Positions 26,886 through 29,043 of a stretch of DNA of 29,043 nt are shown one piece after another; positions within the stretch are counted from its first letter, which is position 1, and the number at the start of each line of letters is the position of its first letter. Made by a program: the position numbers and the translations under genes. The stretch covers positions 1 through 29,043 of IMG/VR virus record IMGVR_UViG_3300045580_000155, one strand, 5' to 3'. This DNA comes from a virus (lineage: Duplodnaviria > Caudoviricetes). The notes beneath the pieces are model-generated. The model made no database searches, was not told the DNA's origin, and saw nothing but the letters and a program-made list of their open reading frames with translations.

Positions 26886-27401
26886 ATGGCGTATATTAAT
26901 CCAGGACCAGGAACAGCAAGTCAAATTGTGTTATCAATTGACACCACTGCTAGTTCCACAGTAACTGGTGATCCTGCTACAGCCATTGCACTAGGGGCTA
27001 GTCCTCTAACTGTGCCTGCTATTCAGGATATCACCGTAAATGCTGCTAATGATGTTTTCACTTGGAGCCAGTTAGACAGTTCAGCCAAAAAACAAGTAGC
27101 AACTACTTCTACTAATTCAGTTAGTATGAATGTTGTAGTAGATGATGCTTCATTCTTTGGCTCTACACTAGCCAGCACTCAAAGTGACACAGTGGCAGCA
27201 CAGGGACTTTTAGGTCTCAGCCGCAACAAAACCCCAATTTGCTTTACACTGAAAATGCGTGAAAATTCAAGCACAGACCGTGTGATCAAAGGACAGGGCT
27301 ATATTACTGGTCTAGCACCAACAATATCAGCAGACAGTCCAGTATGGGTAACACCTGTAACTATCACAGTTGCTGGTGAATACTTGGTTGCAGTAAGTTA
27401 A
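26886..27401 (+). CDS. Major tail tube protein
   Basis: Beta-rich 171 aa ending GYITGLAPTISADSPVWVTPVTITVAG; strong SD and terminator; precedes the chaperones. Confidence 0.8.
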   Translation: MAYINPGPGTASQIVLSIDTTASSTVTGDPATAIALGASPLTVPAIQDITVNAANDVFTWSQLDSSAKKQVATTSTNSVSMNVVVDDASFFGSTLASTQSDTVAAQGLLGLSRNKTPICFTLKMRENSSTDRVIKGQGYITGLAPTISADSPVWVTPVTITVAGEYLVAVS

Positions 27402-27420
27402 TTAATTTTAACAAGAAAAC

Positions 27421-27445
27421 AAGGGCTATTCGTAGCCCTTTTTTT
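27421..27445 (+). terminator. Rho-independent terminator with UUCG loop
   Basis: AAGGGCTA-TTCG-TAGCCCTT-TTTTT. Confidence 0.92.
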
Positions 27446-27454
27446 GTATTGACT

Positions 27455-27460
27455 TAAATA
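27455..27460 (+). promoter_or_regulatory. T4-type late promoter core TAAATA restarting transcription after the terminator
   Basis: 9 nt after the U-tract; followed by AGGAAG and ATG 27478. Confidence 0.7.
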
Positions 27461-27477
27461 CACTAACAGGAAGATTA

Positions 27478-27651
27478 ATGGATCTAATAGAAACAAAAAC
27501 AGATTTGGCCTTATTGCGTAGTCTACTTGCTGAAGTGGCCAAGGCACAAAATGAAATCACACAGGCACGCCTTGACATTGACAAAGCACAGAGTCGCATA
27601 AGATTCAGCCTATTAATTATAAACAAACTTATTGACAGAAAGGTAGATTAA
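27478..27651 (+). CDS. 57-aa coiled-coil protein, not in the ORF track
   Basis: MDLIETKTDLALLRSLLAEVAKAQNEITQARLDIDKAQSRIRFSLLIINKLIDRKVD; SD present; fills the gap. Confidence 0.75.
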   Translation: MDLIETKTDLALLRSLLAEVAKAQNEITQARLDIDKAQSRIRFSLLIINKLIDRKVD

Positions 27652-27653
27652 CA

Positions 27654-27953
27654 ATGAAATTACAAGATCTAGCAGCAAAACCAAAACTCATAGAAATAAT
27701 ACTTGACAGCGATGACGTTGTTAAAGAATTCGGTGAGCCCATTAGTTTTTGGACCTGGGATCGTCAGCCAATGCACATATTTGTAAAATTAGCCAGTGTT
27801 GATAATACTAACATAGGCAGTATGATGAGTGCCGTGCGAGAACTAGTTTTAAATGAGCAAGGACAACAAATTATCACAGAAGACAATATGCTGCCAACAA
27901 GAGTATTAATGTTGTGTATTACAAGAATTGTTGAAAGTTTGGGAAAGTTTTAG
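27654..27953 (+). CDS. Tail assembly chaperone (lambda gpG-like)
   Basis: Between tail tube and tape measure; ends ...SLGKF over a slippery site. Confidence 0.85.
   Translation: MKLQDLAAKPKLIEIILDSDDVVKEFGEPISFWTWDRQPMHIFVKLASVDNTNIGSMMSAVRELVLNEQGQQIITEDNMLPTRVLMLCITRIVESLGKF
27941..27947 (+). other. Programmed -1 ribosomal frameshift site G GGA AAG
   Basis: Same heptamer and phase as lambda G-T; the -1 frame is open from 27941 to 28216. Confidence 0.88.
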
Positions 27954-28216
27954 ACGCCAAGATTGAAGATTCAGATCCGGATCTTAGGCGTATATTGATG
28001 TTAGATGGGTTAGCAACAAGATACAAATTGCTGCCCAGTGAAGTTTTAAGTAGAGGTGATACTTTGGATGTATTAGTAATGGATCGAGCACAGGCCTGGG
28101 AACAGTATCAACGAGACTTATATGAAAGTAAAACACAGGGTCGTGCTCCACCTCCTCCTAAAAACATTCCCAAGACTGAACTACAGGCCTTGTTAGATAG
28201 TGTGAGAAAACAATGA
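27941..28216 (+). CDS. Frameshift extension of the tail chaperone (gpT-like)
   Basis: -1 frame reads GKVLDAKIEDSDPDLRRILMLDGLATRYKLLPSEVL..., in frame with track ORF 27995. Confidence 0.82.
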   Translation, partial: GKVLDAKIEDSDPDLRRILMLDGLATRYKLLPSEVLSRGDTLDVLVMDRAQAWEQYQRDLYESKTQGRAPPPPKNIPKTELQALLDSVRKQ

Positions 28217-28497
28217 AATTAAAATTAGTATCAGATACTATAACAGGTAGTTTAGACCGTAATCAGAGATTTTTAACTCAGTTGCCTCGACGAGCCTTTG
28301 ATTATTTTATCAAACAAACTCCTAAGGATACAGGTCGTGCTAGATCAAATACAAGATTACAGTCAACAACCATTGAAGCAAATTATCCTTACGCTCAGGT
28401 TTTAGATCGTGGTTCAAGTCGTCAGGCTCCACAAGGTATGACTAAACCTACACAACAGTATCTAAATAAGTTGGTAAGACAATCGCTAAGGAAATAA
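28213..28497 (+). CDS. HK97 gp10-like tail component
   Basis: TPKDTGRARS...NYPYAQVLDRGSSRQAPQGM motif. Confidence 0.75.
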   Translation: MKLKLVSDTITGSLDRNQRFLTQLPRRAFDYFIKQTPKDTGRARSNTRLQSTTIEANYPYAQVLDRGSSRQAPQGMTKPTQQYLNKLVRQSLRK

Positions 28498-28498
28498 T

Positions 28499-29043
28499 AT
28501 GGCTGATTTAAAGTATAGTTTGGATATTGACACAAGAGCGGCCTCAACTGCTCTGGGTGCTTTACGTAATCAACTAGCAGGATTTGCCAGTGCTATAGGA
28601 GCAGGATTTGCTGTCAGTGGCATTGTTCAAGTAGCAGCAAGATTTGAAGATCTAAGATTAACACTACAAACTTTGTATCGAGATACTGCTCAAGGCAATC
28701 AGATATTTGCAGATATCAAAGATTTTGCCAAGACTAGTGCGTTTGCTGTAGAAGATCTAGTGGAAGCAGTGTTAAAATTAAAAGCCGCAGGCATTGAACC
28801 AACTGTGGCTCAACTTAGATTATTTGCAGATGTCAGTGGTAGTGTGGCAGATAGACTAGGTGCTCTGCGTGCCATAACAGATCTTTATGCTAGAACCACA
28901 GCAGGCGGACTAGGACTAGAAGACCTAAACAGACTGGCAGATAGAGGTATTCCAGTTTTTACTATTTTGAGTGATCGTATTGGACTTAATAGATTAGAAA
29001 TAGGAAAATTAGGACAAACTGCTGAAGGTGCTAGACTTATATT
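28499..29043 (+). CDS. Tail tape measure protein, N-terminal part (continues at position 203), not in the ORF track
   Basis: TAAGGA SD; MADLKYSLDIDT...IKDFAKTSAFAVEDL...GIEP; open to the window end. Confidence 0.93.
   Translation, partial: MADLKYSLDIDTRAASTALGALRNQLAGFASAIGAGFAVSGIVQVAARFEDLRLTLQTLYRDTAQGNQIFADIKDFAKTSAFAVEDLVEAVLKLKAAGIEPTVAQLRLFADVSGSVADRLGALRAITDLYARTTAGGLGLEDLNRLADRGIPVFTILSDRIGLNRLEIGKLGQTAEGARLI
28842..29043. repeat. Terminal overlap, copy 2
   Basis: See 1-202. Confidence 0.97.

Noticed and set aside
44-27626. All minus-strand ORFs in the track
   Set aside because: They are shadows of + strand genes or overlap + strand promoters and terminators, with no recognisable motifs.
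1-29043. Alternative genetic code or prophage with host flanks
   Set aside because: The standard code gives dense, tightly coupled genes using all three stops; no integrase, att site or host genes.

Overview
The window is an apparently complete, circularly permuted genome of a small siphovirus-type tailed phage. Bases 28842-29043 repeat bases 1-202 with one synonymous mismatch, giving a 28,841-bp circle, and the tape-measure gene runs across the join. All credible genes are on the + strand. The virion module is full: TerS/TerL, portal with a HiPIP-like C-terminal domain, scaffold, capsid, neck, tail tube, a chaperone with the lambda-type GGGAAAG frameshift, tape measure, a split tail-tip protein and a large fibre block. 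The non-structural region is small (~4.6 kb) and holds a LuxR HTH, a divergent PolA/T7-RNAP-superfamily protein and small ORFs. I recognise no helicase, primase, SSB, clamp, sigma factor, integrase or endolysin. The most striking signal is regulatory. The T4-type late promoter core (TA)TAAATA sits at gene or RNA starts (9 of 11 + strand copies by manual scan) and is almost absent inside CDSs. It lies 4-5 nt before leaderless start codons or 5' hairpins, yet no gp55/gp33/gp45 is encoded. Two of these promoters appear to drive terminator-bounded, hairpin-rich small RNAs that carry antisense copies of ribosome-binding-site + ATG regions. Working hypothesis (inference): a virion-encoding satellite phage that depends on a large T4-like helper's late transcription, replication and lysis machinery and uses antisense sRNAs, and perhaps nucleases, against it. 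Family assignments are from motif recognition only; no searches were run.
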